Positions 46,764 through 59,179 of a stretch of 64,000 nucleotides of DNA are shown here, piece by piece; within the stretch, counting starts at the first letter, position 1; each line of letters starts with the position of its first letter. Location: contig OZ218962.1 in assembly GCA_965112735.1 (NCBI GenBank), forward strand, positions 1,302,001-1,366,000. Reading direction: 5' to 3'. Both the position numbers and the translations under genes were made by a program. This stretch comes from Phaeosaccion multiseriatum (taxonomy: Eukaryota; Protista; Ochrophyta, other classes). The notes under the pieces were generated by a model. The model was not told the origin of the DNA. It did not search any database and saw only the letters and a program-made list of their open reading frames with translations.

Positions 46764-48350
46764 TCAATAATCGCCGGGTTCATCATCTTCTTCTTCCTCC
46801 TCTCCCTCCCCTCACTCGTTCTCGTCCTCGTACTCGTATAAGTGGATCAAAAGTTCCCCAGGTCGATCAGCAGGCAGACGATAATTCTCACCAACGGTTA
46901 GCTCCGTGAGGCCAGCAGGCAGCTTCTCCGTGGGGCAGGTGTTGTTCCGTCCAAGCTTGAGAATATGGAGCGAAGCAGGCAGGGCCATGGGAAGGCTAAA
47001 GTCCCACCCCATGTGCACCTCCTCCACACCGCAAGGAAGGACCACGTGCTGATTGAAGCAATCGCCAAATGTGGTCTTCTTCAGCGAGGCAGGTAGAGCC
47101 AGAGGAAGGTTAAAATCATACCATCTCCACCTCCTCCACACCGCAAGGAACGACCACGTGCTCATTGAACCTTTCGCCAAATGTGATCTTCTTTAGCGAA
47201 GCCGGCAGCTCCAGAGGGAGGCTAAAGAACTTACCCCATCTGCACCTCCTCCACACCGCAAGGAAGGACCACGTGCTGATTGAAGCAATCGCCAAATGTG
47301 ATCTTCTTCAGCGAGGCAAGTAGGGCCCCCAGAGGAAGGTTAAAATCATACCTCCACCTCCTCCATACCGCAAGGAAGGACCATGTACTGACTGAACTTC
47401 GAGAACTCAGCAAATATGACCTTCTTCAGCGCGGCAGAAGGGAGGTCAAAGTGCTTTCCCATCTTCACCTCTTGTGCCACATCGCAAGGAAGGACCAGGT
47501 GCTGAGCAAACTCGGAGTATACGAAAAGTAGATGCTCTTCAGCGAGGCAGGCAGGTCAGAGGGAGGTCAAAGTGCTTTCCCATCTTCACCTCCTCCACGC
47601 CACAAGGGAGGACCACGTGCTGATTGAAGCAAGCGCCCAATTTCATCTTCTTCAGCCAGGTAGGCAGATCCAGAGGGAGGTCAAAATTGCTCCCCATCTC
47701 TCCACCTCCACACCACAAGGAAGGATCAGCTGCTGATTGAATTTCGACCCGCTGCTAAAGCTCTCATCTTTTTCAGCGAGGCAGACAGCTCCAGAGTGAA
47801 GTTCAAGTGCGCTCCCATCCACATCTCGTCCACGCCGCAAGGAAGGACCAGCCCCGTGCTGAAAAACACCTCGGCAGGCAGGTTTATAAAGGGAAGCCAA
47901 AGTGCGCCCCCACCCCACAAGGAAGGACAGAATGCTGATTAAGTCCTTCCCCATCACCACCTCCTCCACGCCATAAGGAAGGACCACGTGCTGATTGAAC
48001 TTGTCGCTAAATCTCTCATCTTCTTCAGTGAGGCACAGGTACGTCCAGACGGAGACTAAACTACGTCGTCCACTGTGGTCGGCCTGAGCGATTGAGACAT
48101 ACGGAGAAACGCAGCATCAATACCTTCGTCAAGAGAGCCTCATCAGCAGAAATCTTCGTAGCTGGTGGGGCCGAGCTCCACAGCCGCGACGCGAAACAAG
48201 CCTCTCCCGTCATAACGTCCACCAGCCTCTGCCCGCTGCATCTTCCTGTGCTCGACCCCCCCGAAGCTCGCATCCCCTCCCCCTTCTCCTCCTCTTCCTT
48301 CTGCTGCTTCAGTAGACTCAGCACATGCGGTGCTGGACATTGTCAGGCGT
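46764..48350 (-). pseudogene. Decayed paralog of the FNIP/LRR gene
   Basis: Same repeat units, same C-terminal KLGRNNTCPTEKLPAGLTELTVG and N-terminal MLSLLKQQKEEE/SADEALLTK homology, but with many frameshifts. Confidence 0.9.
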
Positions 48351-48527
48351 CCTTGGCAATGGGGGGTTGGGGCCCTCGTTATTATTGACATACTTTTTGG
48401 TGGCTTTTGTCTTCATCATCCCTCACCCCTTTCCACGCGCACTGTGTCACCCAGCGCTTCCCCACAGCATTGGTAAGAGGGAGAATAGTGTGGGCGAGGC
48501 CAAGTAAGAGGGGACAGAGGAGAGACA

Positions 48528-48986
48528 ATGGCGAGCACGGCAAGGGCTCAAACACGGGCCCATCTCGAGAGGAAGGGCTGTGCCCACAAGAGGAACTCGG
48601 ACTACTATGAGCCCCTTCTGAAGGGCCAGGACCCTTGCTCCGACGCCGAGGAGAAGCGAAAGCCTCTCACAGTGGCGGAGAGGACAGCGGCAGCAAGGGA
48701 GCGGGCAGAGCAGCGGGATGAGGGAGGCCCAGCGGCAGCTGGGGAGGGGGTGGGGGCGCCCGGGCAGGCGGCAGCAGGCACGGAGGTGGTGGGACAGGGG
48801 GCTTCGCCAGTCTTGGAGGGCGATCTGTGGCTGGAGCTTTTCGCATGGATAGATACGCTGTACCCAGACGACAAATTGAGGGCCGTCAAGCTCAAGGTGG
48901 CGTTCAAGAAGGAGCACATTGAGACCGTCAGGAGCATGTGTCTCGAGGATGTAGAGGAGGTCTGCGCGACCCTACAAGCGCAATAG
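48528..48986 (+). CDS. Hypothetical 152-aa protein, C-terminus weakly SAM-domain-like
   Basis: Clean ATG-TAG ORF with coding-like composition; WLELFAWIDTL..AFKKEHIETVRSMCLEDVEEV. Confidence 0.45.
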   Translation: MASTARAQTRAHLERKGCAHKRNSDYYEPLLKGQDPCSDAEEKRKPLTVAERTAAARERAEQRDEGGPAAAGEGVGAPGQAAAGTEVVGQGASPVLEGDLWLELFAWIDTLYPDDKLRAVKLKVAFKKEHIETVRSMCLEDVEEVCATLQAQ

Positions 48987-49234
48987 CCAATCACATTATA
49001 TATATATATATATATCGTATTATCTTATCGAATGTCGTCCAAACGCTGCGTGTGGCCGGGGGGAGTACTTGGTATTCCATCGTGCGACACGAAAAGCAAA
49101 AACCAAACCAACTCCCGCCCCCCGCGTGCGTGCCCCAAGGGCGGCGAGACAAAAGTGTCTCCACAATGAGCTCGCCTGCGCTTCTGCCCGCCCGCCTGCC
49201 TGCCTGCTCACACTGGTCTCTGGAGCGCACGTGT

Positions 49235-50739
49235 TCATTTGGTGGCATTTCGCAAAGCCCGACGGTCGGCTCTTGTCTGGGCGTGGAATCCTGATCGCAC
49301 GGCAGCCACTGAGCGGCTTGACCCGCAGTCCTGTAATGTAAGGGCACGTGAGGGAGCAGAGAGACAAACGACAAGAGAAGCCATTCGTTAGGATTGGACG
49401 TGGGCGGGGGCACGGTTCTGGTTCTGACAAAAGGGGAGATAGACCCAACTCGAATCTCACCTGGCAGTGGACAAAGTAAAGACGGCTGACAGAGTCCCTC
49501 GTGAGAGTGGTGGTGGGGCTGCGGCACATTTTGCACGTCACGTATTCGACAATGTACTTCCTCAGCAGAGACTCAATGTACTTTGGCACGTAGCGACCAC
49601 GCAGCACCAGCCGCTGATTGCCGTCAATTGACCCCTCCGTACCCAACTCCGCCACCACAAACGAAAACACGTGCTCCGGCGTCCTCTTGAGCAGCTTGCA
49701 AATCTCCTGGAAGTTCATCCACAGCGTCTTCCTCGTTCCCATGCGCATCAGCTGTGGGGGCTTGAGCGTGATTCGACTCCGCTCAGACAGCTCTGGGTTG
49801 TTCGTGTGTAGCAAGTTCTGTTGCACGAGTTGGCAAAGGAAAGGAAAGGGGAGCAGCAAAGAGTTGAGTCAGCCAAGGGAGCAGCAGCACATACACTTGA
49901 GGGAGAAACGCATCGCATCCGGGTTTTTTTGCTGGTCTCAGTTAATGGGTGAGTGGTAAAATCGCTGGTCAACACGGGTAGTTGGTAAACCATTCTGATC
50001 TATACTCTGTTTCGATCATTGACCTGCATTTCATTTCATTTCGGTGCAAAGAGGGGAGCAACAACTCGGTGGGGACAGCACCGTACCTGGATCCTATCGA
50101 GGAGGGCGTCATACTCGTAGTTGACTAAACCGCTGTCCACGCCGCCTGACCCCCCCCCCTCGCCGTCTGTCGCATCCGATGTTGCCTTCTTCTTCTTCTT
50201 CTTCTTCTTGGTCAAATCTAGCATCGACTCAATGTCTACCTTGGGCTCCTCGGGGGCCGCTGCCTCCGCCGGAGTCTACATTACATAAAAAGGACAAGGG
50301 GGGAGAAAGTGAGAGGACGCGTACGACCTACCCTCCTACATGGAACAAACCCCGAGAGCCTCTGTGCGACATTCAAAGAGGCATCCCGACGACCACCAGC
50401 CCCCCGACTGGGGCCAAGATTCCCACCACAGCGTCTGGGCTCAACCCAACCCCCGATACCCTCCCCCTGCTCCGCAAGTCCACCCGAAAAAGTTGCCACA
50501 CTAAATGCGGAGTGCCAGGTCCCTTACAAGCAGTCCAGTCACCCAAATTCCCCTCTCTGTTCCTAATTGGTCTGCTCCTCGGCTTGCCCCTTTTATATAT
50601 ATCCAACCCAGGCTCCTGCTGATGTGTGGGCTTGGCCTCTTCTCTTTCCCATACCCTCAACCATTACGCCCTCGCACGTGAGCCCCACAGTCTTCCCGTG
50701 CTCGCCCCTTACCTGGTTTGTACCCTCCACATCCGCCAT
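49235..50739 (-). CDS. EIF2S2: Eukaryotic translation initiation factor 2 subunit beta, multi-exon
   Basis: Lys box LDLTKKKKKKKK, YEYDALLDR, LKPPQLMRMGTRKTLWMNF, AELGTEGSIDGNQRLVLRGRY, zinc finger CKMCRS..HCQ/DCGSSRSV; stop TGA at 49235-49237. Confidence 0.96.
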
Positions 50740-51129
50740 GATGCGGCAGGCTTCCGCCCTCTCCTCCTCTCCTTCTCCTCCCTACCCCCGAGCTTAGTTA
50801 GTTCCTCCTTCAAAAAGTGCTCCGCAGCAAGAATAGGCCGTCCTTCTATTGGCAGCCCCTTGTGAGCACGAGCTATGCGTACGGTGCTGATGCGTTCTTA
50901 TCCTCCGTTGGTTGCCTTTTGCTGTGCAGCGCCGTCAAAGATCGGTCGGAAATGGGGGCCGCCGCACACAGTGCCCCTGTCCCAGAGGCCTCCGGAGGCC
51001 TCGGGAAAAAAGCCGTAACTGTATGGATGATTTTGTTGTATTTTGCGTATGCCATGTTGCCTCCTTCGACGTCCCCTTGGGGGGGCACTGGAAGCAGCCA
51101 CTCCCACGCATAACATCCGCGCTTGATGG

Positions 51130-52943
51130 ATGGCACCCCCTTCTCGCAACGGGTCTGTCGGGTCGCGACGTGGGAGCAGCACCAGCACCGCCGCCAGCAG
51201 TAGCACCAGCAGGGGAGCCAGTAGCAGCCGGGGCGGGGCGGACAGCCATGGCGCTCCCGTGTCTTCCAAGATTTCAACCGGTGTTGGCCATAGACCGGGG
51301 AGCAGGCAGCAGCAGTCATCGGGGGCTGCAAGATGCGTGGGGAACTTCGTGCTGGGCAAGACGCTTGGGGAGGGCACCTTCGGTGAGGTCAGGCTTGGGA
51401 CACACACACCCACGGGCAACCGAGTTGCCGTCAAGATACTGGAGAAGAGCCGAGTGAAGAGTATCGCGGATGTGAAGCGGGTGTCGCGGGAGATTAAGCT
51501 GCTGAAGCGGCTGCGCCACCCCAATGTTATTCAGCTCTACGAGGTGCTCGACGTGCCGTCCACGATTTACTTCGTCACAGAGCACTGCGATGGGGGCGAG
51601 CTGTTTGGATACATTGTCAACAAGCAGAGACTACTAGAGCCAGAAGCTGTAGACTTGTTTCGGCAGCTGATAGAAGGGGTAGACTACATCCACGCGAGCG
51701 AGGCTACGCACCGTGACCTGAAACCCGAAAATCTTTTGCTGCAGAGCACAAAGACGGGGGGCAAGTGGCAGCTCAAAATTATAGACTTTGGGCTCAGCAA
51801 TACGCAAGAGGGTGGGGCGCTCCTTCAAACAGCCTGCGGCTCGCCTTGCTACGCCGCACCAGAGATGATTGCAGGGCGAAAGTACGTCGGTCCTCTTGCG
51901 GATATTTGGTCCATGGGCGTGGTCCTCTTTGCCATGGTCGCCGGGTACCTACCTTTTGAGGTAAGCGGAGGGCGCGCTCTCTCTTCACTTGCATCCTGCC
52001 CCCCTTCATCCATCGTACATGCCTGCTGCCACTGCCCTCACACACACAGGACGCCAACACACCGAATCTCTACCGGAAGATCTTGGCCGGGAGCTACACC
52101 TGCGCGCGTTGGTTCAGCCCCGCCCTCGTTGACCTGCTCTCCAAGGTCCTGGAGACGCGGCCGGAGCATCGACTTGATATGGAGGGCATTCGGGGCCACG
52201 AGTGGCTCAGCAATGGTGGTGATGATGGTGGTGGTGGTGGTGGTGGTGGTGATAGTCGGGCGGGTGCGGACGCCACCCGCGCCTTTCCCGACAACTCTAT
52301 TCCGAACAGAGACCAAGACATTGACAGCAACGTGGTAGATTACATGCAGCGCGCCTTCGGAATGGGACAGAGGCAGGTCATGGACAGCTTGCTCAAGGGA
52401 AGTCACAACGACGCCTGCTCCACGTACTACCTCCTCCGGCGGCAGCAGGAAGTAGAGGGGCTCGACTTGAGAGGGGCAGCTGGAGATGGCAATGCGTGGG
52501 AGAAGCAACCGCATCTGCAGGCGTTGGGAGGACTTCCTCGGAGGCAGTCGCGCCCTAGCACGCCTGGGTCTGGCCCACCGGCGGCGGTGCGGAGAAAGAA
52601 TAGTGGCAGCAGCAGTGGTAGCGGCAGTCGAAAGGGCAGCGACAAGCCAATTAGAGGTATCAGTCGTGAGCCCAGCAGTCGCCCGCCAGAGGCGACTTTG
52701 TCAGAACAAGTAACAGTCTCGACAGGGGTAGGAGCAGCTCCTCACCCTCTCCCACTCCCTCTCTCCCCGAGCGACCCACCCTCGGCAGTGGAGGGGGTGG
52801 CACTGGTGGCCCAAGCACAAGCAACAAGCGGGCATGGAGAGCAACACGGGGAGGAGCTCGTTCCACCGACGGCATCCCCAGTCCCAGCAGCGGTGACTTC
52901 CACAGCACAGGCAGCAACCAAACGTCTTTGGAGCGCCTCGAGT

Positions 52944-52976
<33 letters not shown>

Positions 52977-54572
52977 GGCGGTGACAGAGGCGGTGAAGAC
53001 GTAAAGACGGGGCACCGAGTAGCCTCGCCACCCCATTGCAGTACCGGCAACAAGGGCACGGCGGGGGCGGCGGCGCGGGGGGCGGTGCCTCGCCCTACCA
53101 AGCCCTCCTCCCCGAGAGCCTGCAAGCCCCTTGGGGCGGTAGGCGGGGGGAGGGCCGTCGGAACTGCCAACGTCAGAGCAGTGGGCGCAAACAAGAGCTC
53201 AGTGCCCATGCCGCTCTTGCAGCTCACCAAGGTGTCCTTGAGCGGGCAGCAGCAGCAGCAGCAGCAGCAGCATCATCATCATCATCACAACAACCACCCC
53301 CAGCAACTACAGAGTCTGTCTCTGAACCAGTCGGGTCAGCCATCGAGAGAGGCAGCAACCGGCGGGACGGAGTTGCTACAGAGTCAAACGGCTCGGGGGG
53401 GGCAGGGGAGCCCTCCTCGACAGGGGGAAAGGGGTGGACATCATAGCGCAGCCGCCTCTGCTGAGACTGCGAGACGCCCCCTCCAGGGAGAGGAGCTTCA
53501 CAGTGGGTTCAGTCTCGAGGCTCCTCCGTCGACAGTTTCGAATAGTGGAGCCGTCGTGGCGAACGGCACCGTCCAGCAGGAGCAGCAGAATCGGGCGAAT
53601 GCAGCGTCGTGCCAGCCCAAGGCCCCTCAACTCAGTCGGCCGCGTGACCACAAGGTGAGGGGTGGGGCGCGACGGTTAACGTCCACAGCAGCAGCAGCAG
53701 CAGCCGGGGCAGACGAGGCAGGCGGGGCAGTAGCGGAGGCCTCTCCTCCCTCGGGACGCAGGGGCAGCAGGAAACAGGGGGTTGCGGCATCTCCCCCCCT
53801 CTCCGACGCTGCCCTGGTGTCGGCTTCTTCCGTGGGCTCTGCCGCGCGGAAAGGCAGTAGCAACAACGAAGAGGCCTTCTTCCCTGCTGCGCCTCATTCT
53901 CCTCCCCGAAGGAGCAGTGAGGATGCGGGACGGCCGGGTCGCGCCAATAGGAGGAGTAGCGCCCGAAGCCAGAGGCTCCTAGGGGGAGGGACTGAAGCGT
54001 CGTCGTCAATCATTGTAGAGCGAGAGCTCGCGGCTTCCGCATCGCCCCCGCCGGTGGCCGTGGCGGCGGCTGCAACCACGGGAGGGGAAGAGCGAAGAGT
54101 GGGAATGAGTTTGGCGGCGACAAAGACGGGCTCCACCAGCACCAACAGTGGGGGGGGGCGATCAGCGCGTAGTGGCAGCATCACCGCTGCCGGTGAGAGG
54201 TTTCGCGTGAGCGGCGGTGCCAAACTGAGCGCCATTCCCTCGGCCGCCGCTTCCAACGCGCTTTCGCAGGCAGAGTCCCTCGCTGCAAAAAGAGGTAAGG
54301 GGTGATTGCACTGTACTTTCCCGCCTCTTTTCGCGGCTCCGTTTGTCCACGGCCCTTCTGACCTTGTCCTTCCCCCCCTCGCTTCCCGCCGCTGCTCTTC
54401 CTCAGGTGGGCAAATGGTGGGTGGAAAGACGTTTCGAGGTACGAGCAGCATTCGTCAGATGGCGCCCTTGCCTGACAGTGGCGGTGGCAAGAGGAGTGGG
54501 CCCGAGGGGGCGAAAGAGGGCGCAGGCAGTCTCGGAGCTCGATTGGGAAGAGCCATCGCCGAACCCTCCTGA
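51130..54572 (+). CDS. SNF1/AMPK-related (CAMKL) Ser/Thr kinase with a UBA-like domain and long disordered tail
   Basis: LGEGTFGEV, VAVK, HRDLKPEN, DFG, TACGSPCYAAPE, DIWSMG; UBA-like MQRAFGMGQRQVMDSL..STYYLL. Inferred introns 51961-~52049 and ~54295-54405. Confidence 0.93.
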
Positions 54573-55381
54573 CAGCGGTAGAGGAAGTTAGTCCGGTTAC
54601 GCGACACAAATAGATGCGAGCGAAATAAATAGAGAGGGTCAGCGCGCGACACAAAATAGGGGGGGAGTCAGGGTTCGCGCGCCGCTTGTCGAGTTTCATG
54701 TCGCCATGTTGCTTGTAGCAAGCATCGGCAGCAGAGCAGGTACGAGGGCAGCAACGGCAGCAGAACCAACCAAGAACAAGAAGCAGGCCAACACGCAAAC
54801 AAGAGCCACACAGCGAAACATGCGGCCACGTACTTAAATGGGACGTGCTGGCGTGTGCGTTGTAAGGCAAAATCCAATTTGCTCGACAAACACAAACAAC
54901 ACTGCTTTTCATAGTCATTTTTTGTTTTTGCTTCTTTTTATCTTTGGCGTCGCGTCGCGGCGATGACGGGGCGGGGGGATACGTCCATGGTGCTTAGTAC
55001 TCTCCTTGCCCCATGCCCCCATTCACCAAGCCCAGCCCGCTTGCTTCCCTTGCGGGTCGCTGGAGCAGTGTCACCCACCCCACCCGACCCACACCTGTAA
55101 GCACCGCATACTCGAACGCCCCTGCCACCCCCACAAAACAATACACCTCGGCACGCCCCCTCCCCGCTCTAAGCTGAAGGGTGGCGAGCTGCCGGGGTCT
55201 CGAGGTGGGGCGCCATCCTGCGCCCCCATCTCTCGCGACAGTCAGTATCCGAGCAGTTGTATCTCCCTGCTATTCGGAGCAACCTCCTTGGGTTGCTTGC
55301 TTTGCCAAGCTCTCGCTCTCTCTCTCTCTCGCTCTCGCTCTCTGTCTCCGTGCCCTGGCGAACGGAGCTCTCGAGAGACTC

Positions 55382-57488
55382 CTAGCACTTCCAGATCCTG
55401 CTCACCGACGTGTCGAGAGGAGTAAGGGGGCAAGAGAGGGGGGTTTTAGAAACAACGCACGCACGCACGCGCGAACATACACGGACACTCACACATGTGC
55501 GCACACACGCAAGCGCGAGAGCCCGCACAGGCACACACAGGCACAGACACTCACACGCACTCATCTCTGAGGCAGGGAGGGGTCCATCTAAATACCGAGG
55601 AGACATTCAGCAGCCTCTGGACAAAAAAAAAAACCGCAGACACTTCCTTCCCATTCACAGCAGCATCACGCACGCACAAATGTGCCTCAATTCAGCAGCA
55701 GTCTCGCCCCCCCTCTCGCTCAACACGCCCGCCCGCACGCACGCACCTGCACGTGTTGTCCTTCGAGCCTGTGATGATAGTGTCCCCCTCGTAGTTAAAT
55801 GCACACGAGAAAATCTCGTCTGTGTGCCCCTCCAAAATCTGTAGACAGTCCCCCGTCTCTACCTCCCACAGCCGCCCCGACTTGTCACTTGAGGCAGTCA
55901 GGATCCTAGTCCCTTGGGGGTTGAACGTCACCTTACTAATCTCGCCCTCATGGCCGATGAGGATGGCCTGACAGGCGCCATTCATGGTGTTAAAGACCCG
56001 GCTGGTACCGTCTGCTGATGCAGTGACGAGCTTGCTACCCGTGGCGTTGAAGGAGACGTCTAAAATCTCATCATTGTGCCCTCTCAGCGTGTGCACGCAC
56101 TGCCCCGACGCCACATCCCACACCTTGCAAGTCCTGTCGATGCTGCCGCTGATGCACAGGTCCGAGGAGTAGTTGAATTGCGTGCTCGAAATCTCCCCGT
56201 GGTGACCCGCCAGTGTGTGTATACAGCGCCCATTCCTGACGTCCCATACCTTGACCGTGTGGTCGAACGAGCCTGTAATGATGCGCTGCCCCTGCGTGTC
56301 AAAGTTGAGTGACACAATCTCCGCCGTGTGCCCCAGTAGTGTGTGCAAACACTCTCCGCTCTCCACGTCCCACAGCCTGGCCGTATTGTCCATGGACCCC
56401 GTCCCAATAACGGTGCCGTGTGGATTGAAGGATAAACACACAATCTCTGTGGCATGCCCTCGGTACGTGTGGTACAAGTCCCCAGTCTCTGCATTCCACA
56501 AGCGACAGGTCTTATCAAAGCTGCCCGTAATGATTTTGTCCCCATATGGGTTGTTGAACGCAATGGCGTACACCACGTTGCGGTGTCCGTCGAGCGTTAA
56601 TAGCTCGTCTCCAGTTACCGTGTTCCAGACCTGTGTGGGCGGACGTGCGTGTAGCAGCAGCGCAAATGCGTTGCGTTTGTTGGCTGTTAGCTTCGGGGTG
56701 CATGCCATCCTTCCATAGTGCGTGACACGCGCATTCGCACCCGCCTCCCACACTACTTACTATCCCAGAGAGAGAGAGAGAGGTACCCACAAACCAGACG
56801 AGAGGCCACGGCCACATCGGACTACGTCCCTTTGGCAGCCAGCACTGACACTGACCTTGCACGTCCGATCGTAGCTGCCCGTGATGAACTTGTCTCCACT
56901 CTTGTTGAAGGCGCAGTTGGTTAGCGGGAGGATGTGCGCCCTTAGAATCTTAAAGAGGTAAAAGTCATTATTCTCATTGCTCTCCAGCTTCTCAATGAGC
57001 TTGTACACCAGGCGCCGGAGCTGCGGCTTGCGGTTGTCGGAAATGAGCGGCTCCTCAAACACAACTTGGTTCACCAGCACGTCCACATCTGTCTCCGGTG
57101 TCAGGTGCAGCAGGTCGATTTCCTTCATCTCCCTCGTCCGGTCCCGTAGCTCATACTCGAGAATGATGCCTGAGAGCGTTCGGGAGGGGGGGGGGAAGAA
57201 GAGTGAGAGGAGCGGGGGGTGGCAAGACACTAGGAGACACTAGAGGGAGGGAAATGAAAAATGGAGGAGAAAGAGGAATCTGCACGGCCAAGGAGGGAAG
57301 CTTCCGGATCTTATTATCCATGAGTGAGACTACTGGCCTCTCGTCTTTCTCCCTCTCTTGCGGGAAGCACGCTCTCTCCCTTTCAGCTCCGGACCCTCTT
57401 TTGCTCCCTCCCCTCCTTTCCCAGCCTCCCCTGGCTCCCGACTCTCACCTGGCGGATAATACCGCAGCAGAAATCGCTTAAGCTTCAT
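55382..57488 (-). CDS. DAW1: Dynein assembly factor with WD repeats 1 (WDR69/ODA16)
   Basis: [67 protein letters not shown], ending [15 protein letters not shown]. Confidence 0.96.
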
Positions 57489-57983
57489 CTGATATAGACC
57501 TTCCCTTCGGTCTTCCTACTCCCTGCGCTTCCAAGGGAAGGATCTACTCCACCACTAGGAGAGGGATGGAAATGGGGTGTGTCCGCACTTTGCCGAGGCC
57601 TGCCTCCCGCCTAGCACCACTGTAGCCCTGCAGGACCCACGCGGTCTTGCTCAGTCGCTTCAAGGGCACAGGATTGGAAGTCCTTAAAGGGAGAGAGGAA
57701 GGAGAGAGAGAGATGCCAGACGGTTGACGGCAGGTGAGCCAAATTTCAATAGCTTATGCCAAACCCAGGGGGGCCCTGAAAAAGCTCCCCATCGTATCGA
57801 TTCAGGGGTGAGTAGAGCAAAACGAGAGGGGAGAGGCTGGAGCAGGAGTGTGGGTGCCTCAAAGTCTGCGTGGGAGTCTGCTTCATGATCCATTCTTAGT
57901 GGTGGGATAGGTACTGAGGCAAGCAGGAGTCAAGAGCAACAGGGGGACGAGACGCACGCGTCCCCCTGCCTGGCAGCAGCAGG

Positions 57984-59139
57984 ATGCCAAGGCCCATGGT
58001 CGGACGATCGGCTGCCGCCCGGCCGATGTTGGGCTCGGTCGTGCTGTTCATCTCCGCTTGGTTGACCTTTGTGCTCATGCTGGCGGCCATGACGGCCACG
58101 GCCTTGGAGGGCAGTGGCGCGACTCAGTACCAGCACTTTGTAGCCAACCCTCCCAAGGGAGCGGCTGCCATGGAAGGGGCGAAGGGTAGTACAGCAAGAA
58201 GCGCCGGGATGGGGACAGACGTAGGAGGCGACGCTGGACAGCTCTACGGTGAAGGGGGCGTGTCCCATCAAGCACCAGGGGGAGGAGCCAGAGCGAGCCA
58301 TGAGCCGGATAGCGGCAGCCACAGCAGCACCGCCGCTGCGTCCGTGAACACCTCTGAAGGTGTGGAGCAGACTAAAGTGGCCAATAGTGAAGGTGCAGCA
58401 GCCGCGGCGGACGGGGCGGCGGCACCAGGGGCTGCTGGGCGTGGGCAGCAGATGGACTTGGACAAAGTCTCCAAGGGGCTCCTGTTGGAGCCGCCCATGG
58501 CGATATTCAGGAATGGTCAGTTTTGCATTCCCACGGTGGCCGTCGTGGATATTACCAACGTGTTTGTACCGAGGAAGGGGGGTGCGGCGGATGAAGAAGA
58601 GGCTGCTGCCGTTGCTGCTGACGAGGATTACAAGGAGGGACATGTGGAAATCCTCTCTATATCCGTCACCCACGCGGACTTTCATCCAGGGCTCTTTAAG
58701 GCGCAGACTTTGGCCCCCGGGGAGAGCACCAAGCTTCAGCTCATTTACCTGCCTAGGGAACTGGGCAGCACTGACGCCTCCCTAGTGCTGAGTACGAGCC
58801 TCGGGAATATCGTGTACCCCATCCAGGCGACGGCGGTGCAGAACCCGTACCGTCTTCATCCCTTGGTGGGGGTCAAGGTGCCGGCAGTGCACCAGCATAG
58901 CCACCCGATCCATCTGTACAACCCGCACGACACCGTGCTGTCCATCAGCGAAATCTTTTCTACTGAAGACTTTCTCCAGCTCACCCCTCCCGGGAGCAGT
59001 CGAAAGGAGGAGGCCAGCGGCAGCAGCACTACGACGAGCGGCGGTGGCAAGGAGGGTTACAACAGTGACTCGCGCAGTGACTATAGAAATTGGGGCGATG
59101 ACAGCACCGACGCGGCAGCAACACCACCTCCAGCACCCC

Positions 59140-59179
<40 letters not shown>

